The position numbers and the translations under genes were made by a program. Positions 9,670 to 18,038 of a DNA stretch of 26,259 bases are shown here, piece by piece. The notes beneath the pieces are model-generated. The model was not told where the DNA came from. It was given only the letters and a program-made list of their open reading frames with translations, and did not search any database. This DNA comes from a virus. The stretch lies in the IMG/VR virus record IMGVR_UViG_2571042346_000003. One strand, written 5' to 3'. How positions within the stretch are numbered: the first letter of the stretch is position 1; each line of letters begins with the position of its first letter.

Positions 9670-10997
9670 GCCTCGTCCTCCTCGTCTTTATGGGAGGAAG
9701 GTTCCCAACCCCGGTTTCGAAGCAATTCGGTCTGCCGGATGGTGATGCGGTCTATCGCTGGCTTCGGAAGGTAGTTTTCGACCAAGGTCGGCATGTTCCC
9801 AAAGTGCGGTCCGATCAATAACGATATCTGCGCTTTTCTGCCGACGTGCTTGCAGAAGGAGCTAATCCGCCCCCCTTCATCACCGAAGGAAATAATGACC
9901 AAATGCGTCGATGGAATCGTCAGCATGTCGGCGATGGTGCGGTTGATGTGCTCGTCACCAAAGCCATACCCATAGGTGACAAGCACCGAGTTCGGGCGGC
10001 AGACCGCAGCCGCATAATCGCGGAACAACTCGACGTATGGGTATTCGGATGTCTCCCGGTCCTTGGCCGAGTTCGGGTAGATCATCACGGAATCGCTTGG
10101 CTGGTCGTTGATCGCTGGATGGTCATCCTGCGGGCCGAATGGCAGACCAACCTTTCTTACAAAGCTATTTCGGTAAACCCAGTCCAATGACCCGTGCAGC
10201 TTGGTAAGACGAACTACGCCCTCCAGGTAACGTGGCTCACCACGTATGCCAGGTGGGTTGTAGTGCATATCGATGTCCAAGCGAGAAGACCTGAAAATCG
10301 GTTCAAGGCATCCGACGAAGCGATCAAGCAAGTGAAGACCCGCCAGATCTGCACCATATTCGATCAACCGGTCGTAATTGGTCGTAAAGATATGGAGGCG
10401 CTCCCTTGTTGCTGTCCGGCTAGAGAAGCTGAGCAGGAAAGAGACGAGCATGACAAGCGGATCGAGCTTCTCCGAAGCTTCTTCCCCGGCTGCAGGTTCT
10501 GCATCTGCTGGTTCTGGTGCCGCGCATTTTTCGACCGCTGATTTCAGATCCCGCTCGGTTTTGGAGATACCGTTCAGAAACTTTTTGAACAAAGCATCAA
10601 GGGCGGAGATGACCTCGGTATGACGGTCATCGCCCAGAATTTTCAAACCTTGGGCCAACGAGTTGGCGGCCCGGATCTGATCCTCAATATTTGCCTCGCC
10701 GCGTCCCATAGCCACAGCGGCCTGCTGGGCGGCATCCTTTAGCTTGTCGTCCAGTGGGAAGCCACCATAGTCACAAGCCATGTCGGCTGCGCTAGTTCCA
10801 GCCTGATATGAAACTGCCTTTGTGAAACCGCTGCCAAGCAAGAGAGCAAGATGCTCGCTCTGAAAAACAGCCGCCAGCCAGGGCTCAATGTGCTTTTTCT
10901 GGAGCTCGATGCTTTTGCTGTCATCCGGGTTCTGGACATCGAGGTTTTCCTCGTTCCCGATGCGATAAACGTGAGTTCCCCATGTGTTTTTGCTCAT
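9666..10997 (-). CDS. SIR2-like (SIR2_2) putative NADase of a Sir2-HerA defence system
   Basis: Motifs LLLGSGF, IFTTNYD, KLHGSLDW and YGYGFGDEHIN; ATGA overlap with herA. Confidence 0.88.
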   Translation of the reverse strand: MSKNTWGTHVYRIGNEENLDVQNPDDSKSIELQKKHIEPWLAAVFQSEHLALLLGSGFTKAVSYQAGTSAADMACDYGGFPLDDKLKDAAQQAAVAMGRGEANIEDQIRAANSLAQGLKILGDDRHTEVISALDALFKKFLNGISKTERDLKSAVEKCAAPEPADAEPAAGEEASEKLDPLVMLVSFLLSFSSRTATRERLHIFTTNYDRLIEYGADLAGLHLLDRFVGCLEPIFRSSRLDIDMHYNPPGIRGEPRYLEGVVRLTKLHGSLDWVYRNSFVRKVGLPFGPQDDHPAINDQPSDSVMIYPNSAKDRETSEYPYVELFRDYAAAVCRPNSVLVTYGYGFGDEHINRTIADMLTIPSTHLVIISFGDEGGRISSFCKHVGRKAQISLLIGPHFGNMPTLVENYLPKPAIDRITIRQTELLRNRGWEPSSHKDEEDEA

Positions 10998-13900
10998 TTC
11001 ACCATCCCCCTCAGCCGGGCAAACAGCTTGTCGATATACCTGTCACGATCATTGGTCATGAACAGCACGTGCATATCCTCGAGCTCGTCCTGTGTGTTAT
11101 CCCATTTCAGTTGCGGGTATCGCGTCCAGGAAAGGATGAAGCTGTTGAGGATCACGGTTGGGTCCTTCAAACGTTGCTCGACATCCTTGATCCGCTTGTG
11201 GAACAGAACCTTCTCGCTGGCGGGGCCTTCGTGCAAAAGACCGTGCGGCTCGATGAAGGTGACGTACTGTTTCCCGCCAATCAGCATCCAAAGAATGAAA
11301 TCAGGGTGGAAGTTGCCCGCCTCGAAGAATCCCACGCCTTTACCCCGGCTCATGTTCCTGAGCAGGAAGAGTTCCATTCCTTCCTTTTCCAGAGCGGCTT
11401 TGTGGCCGTCGCACCAGCTCTTCAGATCGGTGACAAACTGATATTCGCTCTCGTTGAGGGCGACAGGCAGGATGGTGATTTTCCCACCGCGCCGGACGTG
11501 AAAGAGCGGCTGGAACAGGTGCTTGCCGAAATTGCAGGCGTTCAGATCACCAATCTTCAGCAGATCATCCTTCTTCTGCTCCAGATCCTTCTTGATCTGC
11601 TGAATCCCCTGGATGACCTGTTCTTCATCGCCATCCACGATGAGCTGATAGAATTCCTCCTGCGGGATGTTGTCATCATCCGGCGTAAGGTCGCGAAGCT
11701 CCAGACGCGGTTCAATGTATTCCCGTTTGCGATAGTTGTAGTAGTGATCGCAGTACCGCTTCAGAAGCTCTGACGCCACCTGCTGCAGCAAGAGCACGCC
11801 ATCAAAGGTTGCCGGGTTCAGGCGGGTTTCGGGCAGGTAGAGGGTGTACCAGTTCGGGTCCCCCAGCAGACGTTGAATGCCATCCTTGGTGATGTTGAAG
11901 TTGTACCAGCTCCGTTCGCGCTTGAACCGCTCCAGCTCGAAAAAGAGCGTATCATAGTCCAGCAGAGCCAAATGCTGTTCACGCAATGACACCTTGTCCT
12001 TCTGTGTCGCCAGGGATGTACCGCGTGACTGCATGGCCTGAATGCGCGGGTACCAGTCGGCGACTACCGTGTTGTGCGTCATGTAGTCCGGGATATCCCC
12101 GACAGTGGGCACCGCTGCATCTTTCTTGAAGTCGTATTCCTTGCCGTCAGAGGCCTTCCGCTTAGGGCGAAGGATTTTAAGCTTCTTGCCGAAGTCATAG
12201 GTGACATTCAGCGGTATGGTAATGGTCTTGCGGCGCTCGTTGCCGGGTAGGCCTTCCTCTTTGAGGAACTCGCGGAACTTCTCCATGAAGTCGGCTTCGA
12301 TGCCGAACACGTTGAGGGTTTCCAATTCCTCGATGAAGGTCGGCCGGAGCGGAGCATGGGAATGGCCGCTGCGCTTGAGGCTCCACTCGTAACCCTTCAA
12401 GCGGACACCACGCCCAAAGAGCTGAATAATCTGCGAGCCTTCCGAGCGCCCGACATGCATCAGGCCCATGGTGCTGACGCGCCAGCAGTCCCAGCCTTCA
12501 ACGAATTTCTTCGAGCCGATAAGCAGATTGACCGGTGACGTGGAATCCTTCACGGAGGCGAACATCGCCTCGGTAAAGTCACTGTCTTCCACGGTCAGTC
12601 GTGTGCCATTCTGTGCTGCCACTTCGGCCACGTGGTCGCACAGGCTCTTGGCATCACCGACGTTGATCAGACCGAAGGCCGTCTCGCTCGTGCCCACACG
12701 CAAGGCCACTTCGCCGGATTCGCCTTTGATGCGATCCAGTGACAAATGCCCGCCTGCGGCATGGTTGAACAGCCTGGCGAGAATATCCCGGTAGAGGGCT
12801 TCAACAGTTTCGCCGCCATTCATGGCCCGGGCCAGATAGGTAAAGGCCCCGGCAAAGATGTCGTTCCCATCCTTGTCCAGCAGGCCGGTATCCTGGCCTT
12901 TGCCGGTGAGGATCTCGTGCATGCGCCGCGTAGCCACTTGGCTGTTGTCGAGGAAGTCGGCGATAAACTGGATGATGAGCGCCACGTCCGTGGCCACGAT
13001 CTGTTCATCCTTGCTCATCTTGCCCGATGAAACCGTGCTGCCGACAAAGACCCACAGCGGCTTTTCCAGATTGAACGGCTCGAAATCTTTCGCCTTTTCC
13101 TCGTAGATCCGGAGTTGCTGATAGAACTTCAGCAGACAGGCTGTCATATAGATCGACTGCGTCTCTTCGAATGACCCTGGCAGGTTCAGGATCTGATAAT
13201 CCTTGCCGAAACCGTCCTCATAGAACCACCGGTAGGAGTAATCAAAAACGACCGTCTTGGCGTAGCTGTTCTCAAAATCGGCATTGCCTGATGCCTGAAC
13301 AGCCTGCTCGAAGGTGGCCGAATACTCGAAGGTGAACCCCTTAGCGCAGAGATCGGACCGCCGGGTGAACCAGACGCCTTCCTCTTTGCCGCTCATGCCG
13401 CGATGCCCCTCGTCAACCAGAAGCAGGTTCTGATCTCCAAGGCTTCGCGTGGCGATGGTGTTCGGTCCCTCCTGATCAGCCAGTTTGGTGATTTCCAGAA
13501 CATCCACGCGCTCAAGGCCCTGGGCCAGGCCGAACAGGCCGCCACGTGATTGCAGGTAGCTGCCTGCAGAAATATCGCTCTCCCGAAACTCGGTGATGTG
13601 TTGCTCCGAGAGACGCTCGTTGGGCGTCAGCAGGATAACCCGGGAGAGTTCTTTATCCTTCCCATGCTTTGCGGCGTAGTGCCGGTATTGCAGCAGGTTG
13701 ACGTGCATCAGCAGCGTCTTGCCGCTGCCGGTGGCGTTCTGCATGCAGAGCTTGTTCAGGTCATCCTCGTTGTAAGGCGGCACATCGGCGTAATCGTCCC
13801 AGTGGCGGTTGAAACGCTCAACGAATGCATTGAGATCGGCAAGCATCCCTTCACGATTGCCAAAAAATCGGTCCAGGTAGATTTCAACAAAGACCAGGGT

Positions 13901-14284
13901 CAGCCACTGGTAATATTTCCACACCACTGGCCGGTGGCGTTTTTCGTTGATCGCCTGGGTATGTCGGACAATGTTCTGCTCATAGGTCAAGAGCATGTCC
14001 CGACTGATGCGAAAGCCCGGGAAATCAGCCGCCCCATCGGCATAGCTGAAGAGCGGGCTATCGCCGAGATGGTGGTAGAAGAAATGCAGATTATCCTTGT
14101 CCAACCCTTCCAGTCGCGGATCGCGGATGGGTTCAGCCAGCTTGTGAAAGGGGCGAACCACTTTGCCATTTACTTTGTGTTCGGCGAGCGGATCGATGCC
14201 GAACAGGCTCACCAGCCACTGATTGAGGAGCAGTTTGTTGCGGAACTTATGCGGTTTGGGGCCGCGTGAACGTTTCTTTGCCAT
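10994..14284 (-). CDS. res: Type III restriction enzyme Res-like subunit (SF2 helicase plus C-terminal PD-(D/E)xK-like nuclease)
   Basis: ATGSGKT, LLLVDEGH, YSAT, EGWD and QLFGRGVR helicase motifs; C-terminal HPDF...IEPHG. The ATG at 14284 is 7 nt from AGGAGG; the alternative start is GTG at 14287. Confidence 0.85.
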   Translation of the reverse strand: MAKKRSRGPKPHKFRNKLLLNQWLVSLFGIDPLAEHKVNGKVVRPFHKLAEPIRDPRLEGLDKDNLHFFYHHLGDSPLFSYADGAADFPGFRISRDMLLTYEQNIVRHTQAINEKRHRPVVWKYYQWLTLVFVEIYLDRFFGNREGMLADLNAFVERFNRHWDDYADVPPYNEDDLNKLCMQNATGSGKTLLMHVNLLQYRHYAAKHGKDKELSRVILLTPNERLSEQHITEFRESDISAGSYLQSRGGLFGLAQGLERVDVLEITKLADQEGPNTIATRSLGDQNLLLVDEGHRGMSGKEEGVWFTRRSDLCAKGFTFEYSATFEQAVQASGNADFENSYAKTVVFDYSYRWFYEDGFGKDYQILNLPGSFEETQSIYMTACLLKFYQQLRIYEEKAKDFEPFNLEKPLWVFVGSTVSSGKMSKDEQIVATDVALIIQFIADFLDNSQVATRRMHEILTGKGQDTGLLDKDGNDIFAGAFTYLARAMNGGETVEALYRDILARLFNHAAGGHLSLDRIKGESGEVALRVGTSETAFGLINVGDAKSLCDHVAEVAAQNGTRLTVEDSDFTEAMFASVKDSTSPVNLLIGSKKFVEGWDCWRVSTMGLMHVGRSEGSQIIQLFGRGVRLKGYEWSLKRSGHSHAPLRPTFIEELETLNVFGIEADFMEKFREFLKEEGLPGNERRKTITIPLNVTYDFGKKLKILRPKRKASDGKEYDFKKDAAVPTVGDIPDYMTHNTVVADWYPRIQAMQSRGTSLATQKDKVSLREQHLALLDYDTLFFELERFKRERSWYNFNITKDGIQRLLGDPNWYTLYLPETRLNPATFDGVLLLQQVASELLKRYCDHYYNYRKREYIEPRLELRDLTPDDDNIPQEEFYQLIVDGDEEQVIQGIQQIKKDLEQKKDDLLKIGDLNACNFGKHLFQPLFHVRRGGKITILPVALNESEYQFVTDLKSWCDGHKAALEKEGMELFLLRNMSRGKGVGFFEAGNFHPDFILWMLIGGKQYVTFIEPHGLLHEGPASEKVLFHKRIKDVEQRLKDPTVILNSFILSWTRYPQLKWDNTQDELEDMHVLFMTNDRDRYIDKLFARLRGMVK

Positions 14285-14296
14285 CACACCGCCTCC

Positions 14297-17200
14297 TTAC
14301 GCGTTTTCGCCATTCCACATGCGCTTCATGAACTCTTCTTCGATGAGGCGGACCTTCCAGTTCTCGTCATCCAGCTTCAGATTGGGCAGATTGTTGCTGC
14401 CGTTGACGTAGATGGTGTCGAACTCGAAATCGCGGGTGTTGATGCGCATCGATTGGAACCATTCATCCAGCATCAGGTTGTCCTGCTCGATGTCGTCGGT
14501 GAGCTTGCGCCAGACAACCAAAACCTTTTCCTGCTGGCCATTGTTGGGATTGGCCGGGTCCTTGGGCACCCAGCCTTCGACTTTGCGGAACCACCACGGG
14601 CCGCCTTCGTCCTGGCGGATGCGGCCATCCACCACCAGCTTGGTGTGCTGGTCTTCGGGCAGCTCCGGGTCAGTGATGCGCTTAAAGGTCGCCTGGAAGG
14701 TTTGCGGCACGGACGAATGCAGCACGCGCAGGCCGATCAGATAGTTGAAGGTCTCGATCAGGTCGACCGCACGGGTGGCGTACTCGTCCGTCCCCGGCTT
14801 TTTGACCTCCAGGGTGTAAGCGGTCGGATCGGCAAAGGCGTCGATGTTGAGCAACGACTGGCTGCCCCGTGTCTCCACATCCAGCAGGTAGCGGAGCATG
14901 TAATCTTCCTTGAGCGCCGGATTGGCAGCTACCGCCTTTTTGCGCTGGGGGTTGTGGTCGAGGCGCAAGTTGTTGAGCGTGTCCTCGTAGGATTCCAAGC
15001 GGATGTATTTGAAGCAGTGTGAAACGCCTGTAGTGCGGGCAGTGGGTTTGCCGTCTTTCCAGCCTTCAGAATAAATCACCTTGGCGATGCGGGGCTTGAG
15101 GACGGTATCAAAGTAGTCACCCATTTCGACAAGAATGTATTTGCGCTTGCCGCCGTCTTCACGGTTGAGATTGATCACCGCGTGGCCGGTGGTACCAGAA
15201 CCGCCGAAGTAGTCGAGCGATATTTGATCGTTTTCGTAAAGTCCCAGCTGCAAGAAGCGTGTAAGCAATCCAATCGGCTTTGGATTTGTAAACATCGAAG
15301 TACCAAACATACTCTTAACTAGTTGTGTCCCATTGGTAGTAGTTTCAACGTCTTCCCACCATGTTTTTGCAACTTTTCCACGCTCTTCGGCCTCGCTCCA
15401 AAACCTTTTCCGTTGAGGTCCAGCTTCTCCAGTCGTTCCAAAAACAATGCGATTATCTGCTAACAGACGATTAAATGTTTCATAGTCATTTTTCCAGCTA
15501 CATCCAGGATTAGGTCGATATTTAACTCCTGTCTTTGGATTCTCAATTTCATATAACTGATTCGGCCTCTCTCCCCCAACTTGAAATGGGTCGGCCTTCC
15601 AAGGTCCTCGTGGATCATTATCTGGATTAGAAAAACCATCTTCAGAGTCTGGCAAACGGAAATGAACACGATTTCTCGTGAAATATGACAGGTTTTTCGC
15701 GTGAATATAATTATGGGTATGGCCAACTGAGATTAAGGCAGTATTGGTGACTGACTTTGTGGAGTTCCATTCAACTGTACCGATATAATTGTCAGTGTAA
15801 ACAGCATCAAGCAAGAATTTTAATGCCGCTTGCTCATCATCGCTTATGGATACAAAGTTCAATCCAGAGTCCATAAGTAGCAACTTAGACAGTATTGATC
15901 TATCAAAGATAAAGCTAATCCAGCTTGAATGCTGATAGCTATCCTTGTAGGAAAAACCATCTGCGCCAGTATTATATGGTGGATCAATATACACACATTT
16001 CACCTGCTCACGATATCGCTCCTGTAACAGGTTCAACGCCTGAAAGTTCTCCGAATGAATCAGCAGACCATCGCACTGCTCATCGAAGTTCTCAATCGAC
16101 GCCACCAGCCGGGCCTTGAAGCTGTCATCGAAAAAGCGGGTATCCAGCACCAGCTTGTTGTTGGCCTTGAGGAACTCGACCGACAAAGGCCGCGAGAACC
16201 CCGGGCTGTGCAGATCGGCCTGGATTTCGTCGATGGCGAACAGCTTGGTCCATTCTTCACACTGCGCATCACAGGCGGCCACTTCCGCGAAGAGTTCCTC
16301 GGGAACCCGGTCGAGGGTGATGCAGTAGTTGGTTTCAATAATGAACTTCTTCTTGAGCCAGAGCTTTTTCTGAAAATCCTCAAGCTGGGCCAGAAAGTCG
16401 ATCAGCTTGCCCGCGATCTTGCGCAGCACCTTGATCTTGGCCAGATAGCTTTCGACCGCCGGGGCTTCGGCGTTTTCGATGTCATCGAGGCGCATAACCT
16501 CGTTCTTGATGTAGAAATCCAGTTCCCGGCGCAGGAAGCCGCCCAGGTCCTTATGGATGAAATAGTCCATGGTGTTGCGGGCCGTGTACTGGTTCACGTA
16601 CTTGGCCAGCACGGGGCGCTTCTTGTCGCTGTCGGTCGGAGCGGGCACCTTGAATAGACGCAGATATTCCGCGATCTGTTTTTCGTGTTCGCCACCGGCG
16701 GCAGCCATGGCCTGGAGACGCTCCAGAATGGTCTCCACCGCCTCGGTGTTGCGCTTGTCCCGCCAGGTGTTTTCCTGGCCGGTTTTTTCCGGGTCGGGCC
16801 GGTATTCAAAATTGACGACCAGCTCGCCGGTCTCAAGCAGGGCGACGGGATTTTCGGCATGCAGAATGAAGAAACGCTTGTTGGCCTCGGAGGCCTTGAC
16901 GTTGCCGTGCTCACCCTCGGTGGCCTCGACGACGCGAAAATGGACCTTGAGCGGAGATTCATCCTCGGCACCGAGCAGGATACCGATCTGATTCTGCTGC
17001 CGCAGAGCGCGGATCTCTTGCGCCTGCCGCAAATCGAAGGTGAAGTTGGAAAAATACTCGGCGCTCTTGATGTAATACTGGTCGGCGTTGGCCCAGTGCA
17101 GTTTCACTTCCTCGCCGTTGTACGGCACGGCAAAAGGCGCGGCCTTGCCGGATGTTTCCCGGGTGTAATAGCGGCGGGAGATAAAGTCGCCGTCGTCGTA

Positions 17201-17572
17201 GTAGCGCTCAAAGAAGCGATACAGGTGGTCATACACATCGGCCTCGGCGCTGGCCGTATCCTTGACTGCATCCAGCGCGGCTTTGGCCTTTTTGACCGGC
17301 TCGGTCTCTTCCGGATTGGGTGCGCCGAAATCCTTGGCGGTCTGAATGGCCTTCTCATAGGCGGCCTGCAGCTCGGCCTTGCGGGCCTCGTCGGCATCAC
17401 CGAAGGCATCCGCCACGATTTTCAGCAGGTCGGTGCCGATGAAGTCATGAACTTCCTGCGCCTTGGCGTGCATGATGCGGTAAAAGCCGAAATCGAGGTC
17501 CGGCTGGTCGAGCTGAAACAGCTCGGAAAGCTTCTTCAAAAGGCGGCTGCGAAGTTGATCTACTGACGGCAT
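14297..17572 (-). CDS. mod: Type III-like Mod subunit, beta-class amino-DNA (probably N6-adenine) methyltransferase
   Basis: Catalytic YIDPPYNTG comes before the SAM-binding DYFGGSGTTG; also IHSENFQAL and NPKP; 1091 aa; adjacent to res. Confidence 0.9.
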   Translation of the reverse strand: MPSVDQLRSRLLKKLSELFQLDQPDLDFGFYRIMHAKAQEVHDFIGTDLLKIVADAFGDADEARKAELQAAYEKAIQTAKDFGAPNPEETEPVKKAKAALDAVKDTASAEADVYDHLYRFFERYYDDGDFISRRYYTRETSGKAAPFAVPYNGEEVKLHWANADQYYIKSAEYFSNFTFDLRQAQEIRALRQQNQIGILLGAEDESPLKVHFRVVEATEGEHGNVKASEANKRFFILHAENPVALLETGELVVNFEYRPDPEKTGQENTWRDKRNTEAVETILERLQAMAAAGGEHEKQIAEYLRLFKVPAPTDSDKKRPVLAKYVNQYTARNTMDYFIHKDLGGFLRRELDFYIKNEVMRLDDIENAEAPAVESYLAKIKVLRKIAGKLIDFLAQLEDFQKKLWLKKKFIIETNYCITLDRVPEELFAEVAACDAQCEEWTKLFAIDEIQADLHSPGFSRPLSVEFLKANNKLVLDTRFFDDSFKARLVASIENFDEQCDGLLIHSENFQALNLLQERYREQVKCVYIDPPYNTGADGFSYKDSYQHSSWISFIFDRSILSKLLLMDSGLNFVSISDDEQAALKFLLDAVYTDNYIGTVEWNSTKSVTNTALISVGHTHNYIHAKNLSYFTRNRVHFRLPDSEDGFSNPDNDPRGPWKADPFQVGGERPNQLYEIENPKTGVKYRPNPGCSWKNDYETFNRLLADNRIVFGTTGEAGPQRKRFWSEAEERGKVAKTWWEDVETTTNGTQLVKSMFGTSMFTNPKPIGLLTRFLQLGLYENDQISLDYFGGSGTTGHAVINLNREDGGKRKYILVEMGDYFDTVLKPRIAKVIYSEGWKDGKPTARTTGVSHCFKYIRLESYEDTLNNLRLDHNPQRKKAVAANPALKEDYMLRYLLDVETRGSQSLLNIDAFADPTAYTLEVKKPGTDEYATRAVDLIETFNYLIGLRVLHSSVPQTFQATFKRITDPELPEDQHTKLVVDGRIRQDEGGPWWFRKVEGWVPKDPANPNNGQQEKVLVVWRKLTDDIEQDNLMLDEWFQSMRINTRDFEFDTIYVNGSNNLPNLKLDDENWKVRLIEEEFMKRMWNGENA

Positions 17573-17573
17573 G

Positions 17574-18038
17574 TTATTCTCCTTTGTAACCGCGAAAAGC
17601 GCTAAAATCGCGAAAGTTTGTATTGGCTAACCGGATAATCTCGGCCTTTGGATGGGAGCCGAAGTTCACAAGCAAACCGAGTCCTAGGCCGGTTGCTTTC
17701 AGGTAATTCAAAAGCTGGGCTTTATGTTCTGGCACGATTTCCTTGACCGCCTTCAGTTCCACAATGATTTTGCCGTAGCAGATGAAGTCAGGCTTGTAGG
17801 TTTGGGCAAGCTGATCGCCCTTGTAAAAAAGCATAAGCTCCTTCTGTGGTTCGAACGGCAACTGCCGTGAGCGAAATTCCTTTTCAAGGCACTCCTGATA
17901 GACTGCCTCAAGAAACCCGCAACCCATCTCACGATATACATCAAAGATCGCTCCCTGAATGGCGTAAGATTCATTTTTGAAAAGAAGTCCTTCTTTAGCG
18001 CTTTTCGCGTCTTTTGCGGTTAAATCTTCCTGGTTCAT
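17574..18038 (-). CDS. GxxExxY family protein (PD-(D/E)xK nuclease-like)
   Basis: GFLEAVY signature, YKPDF...IVELKA, QLLNYL and GLLVNFG. Start placed at ATG 18038, an ATGA overlap with the SNF2 stop. Confidence 0.9.
   Translation of the reverse strand: MNQEDLTAKDAKSAKEGLLFKNESYAIQGAIFDVYREMGCGFLEAVYQECLEKEFRSRQLPFEPQKELMLFYKGDQLAQTYKPDFICYGKIIVELKAVKEIVPEHKAQLLNYLKATGLGLGLLVNFGSHPKAEIIRLANTNFRDFSAFRGYKGE
17587..17616 (+). repeat. Left terminal inverted repeat of the GxxExxY cassette (9-bp periodic)
   Basis: TAACCGCGAAAAGCGCTAAAATCGCGAAAG; 24/30 identical to the reverse complement of 17993-18022. Confidence 0.85.
17993..18022 (-). repeat. Right terminal inverted repeat of the GxxExxY cassette
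   Basis: Reverse complement is TAACCGCAAAAGACGCGAAAAGCGCTAAAG. It shares an exact 16-mer, CGCGAAAAGCGCTAAA (17591-17606 versus 17994-18009), with the left copy. Confidence 0.85.

Noticed and set aside
10982-17566. Plus-strand ORFs of 190-293 aa opposite mod and res
   Set aside because: They are antisense to well-supported genes and show no family signatures.
14297-17572. Phase-variable simple sequence repeat in mod
   Set aside because: No long homopolymer or short tandem repeat tract was seen in the gene or its 5' region.
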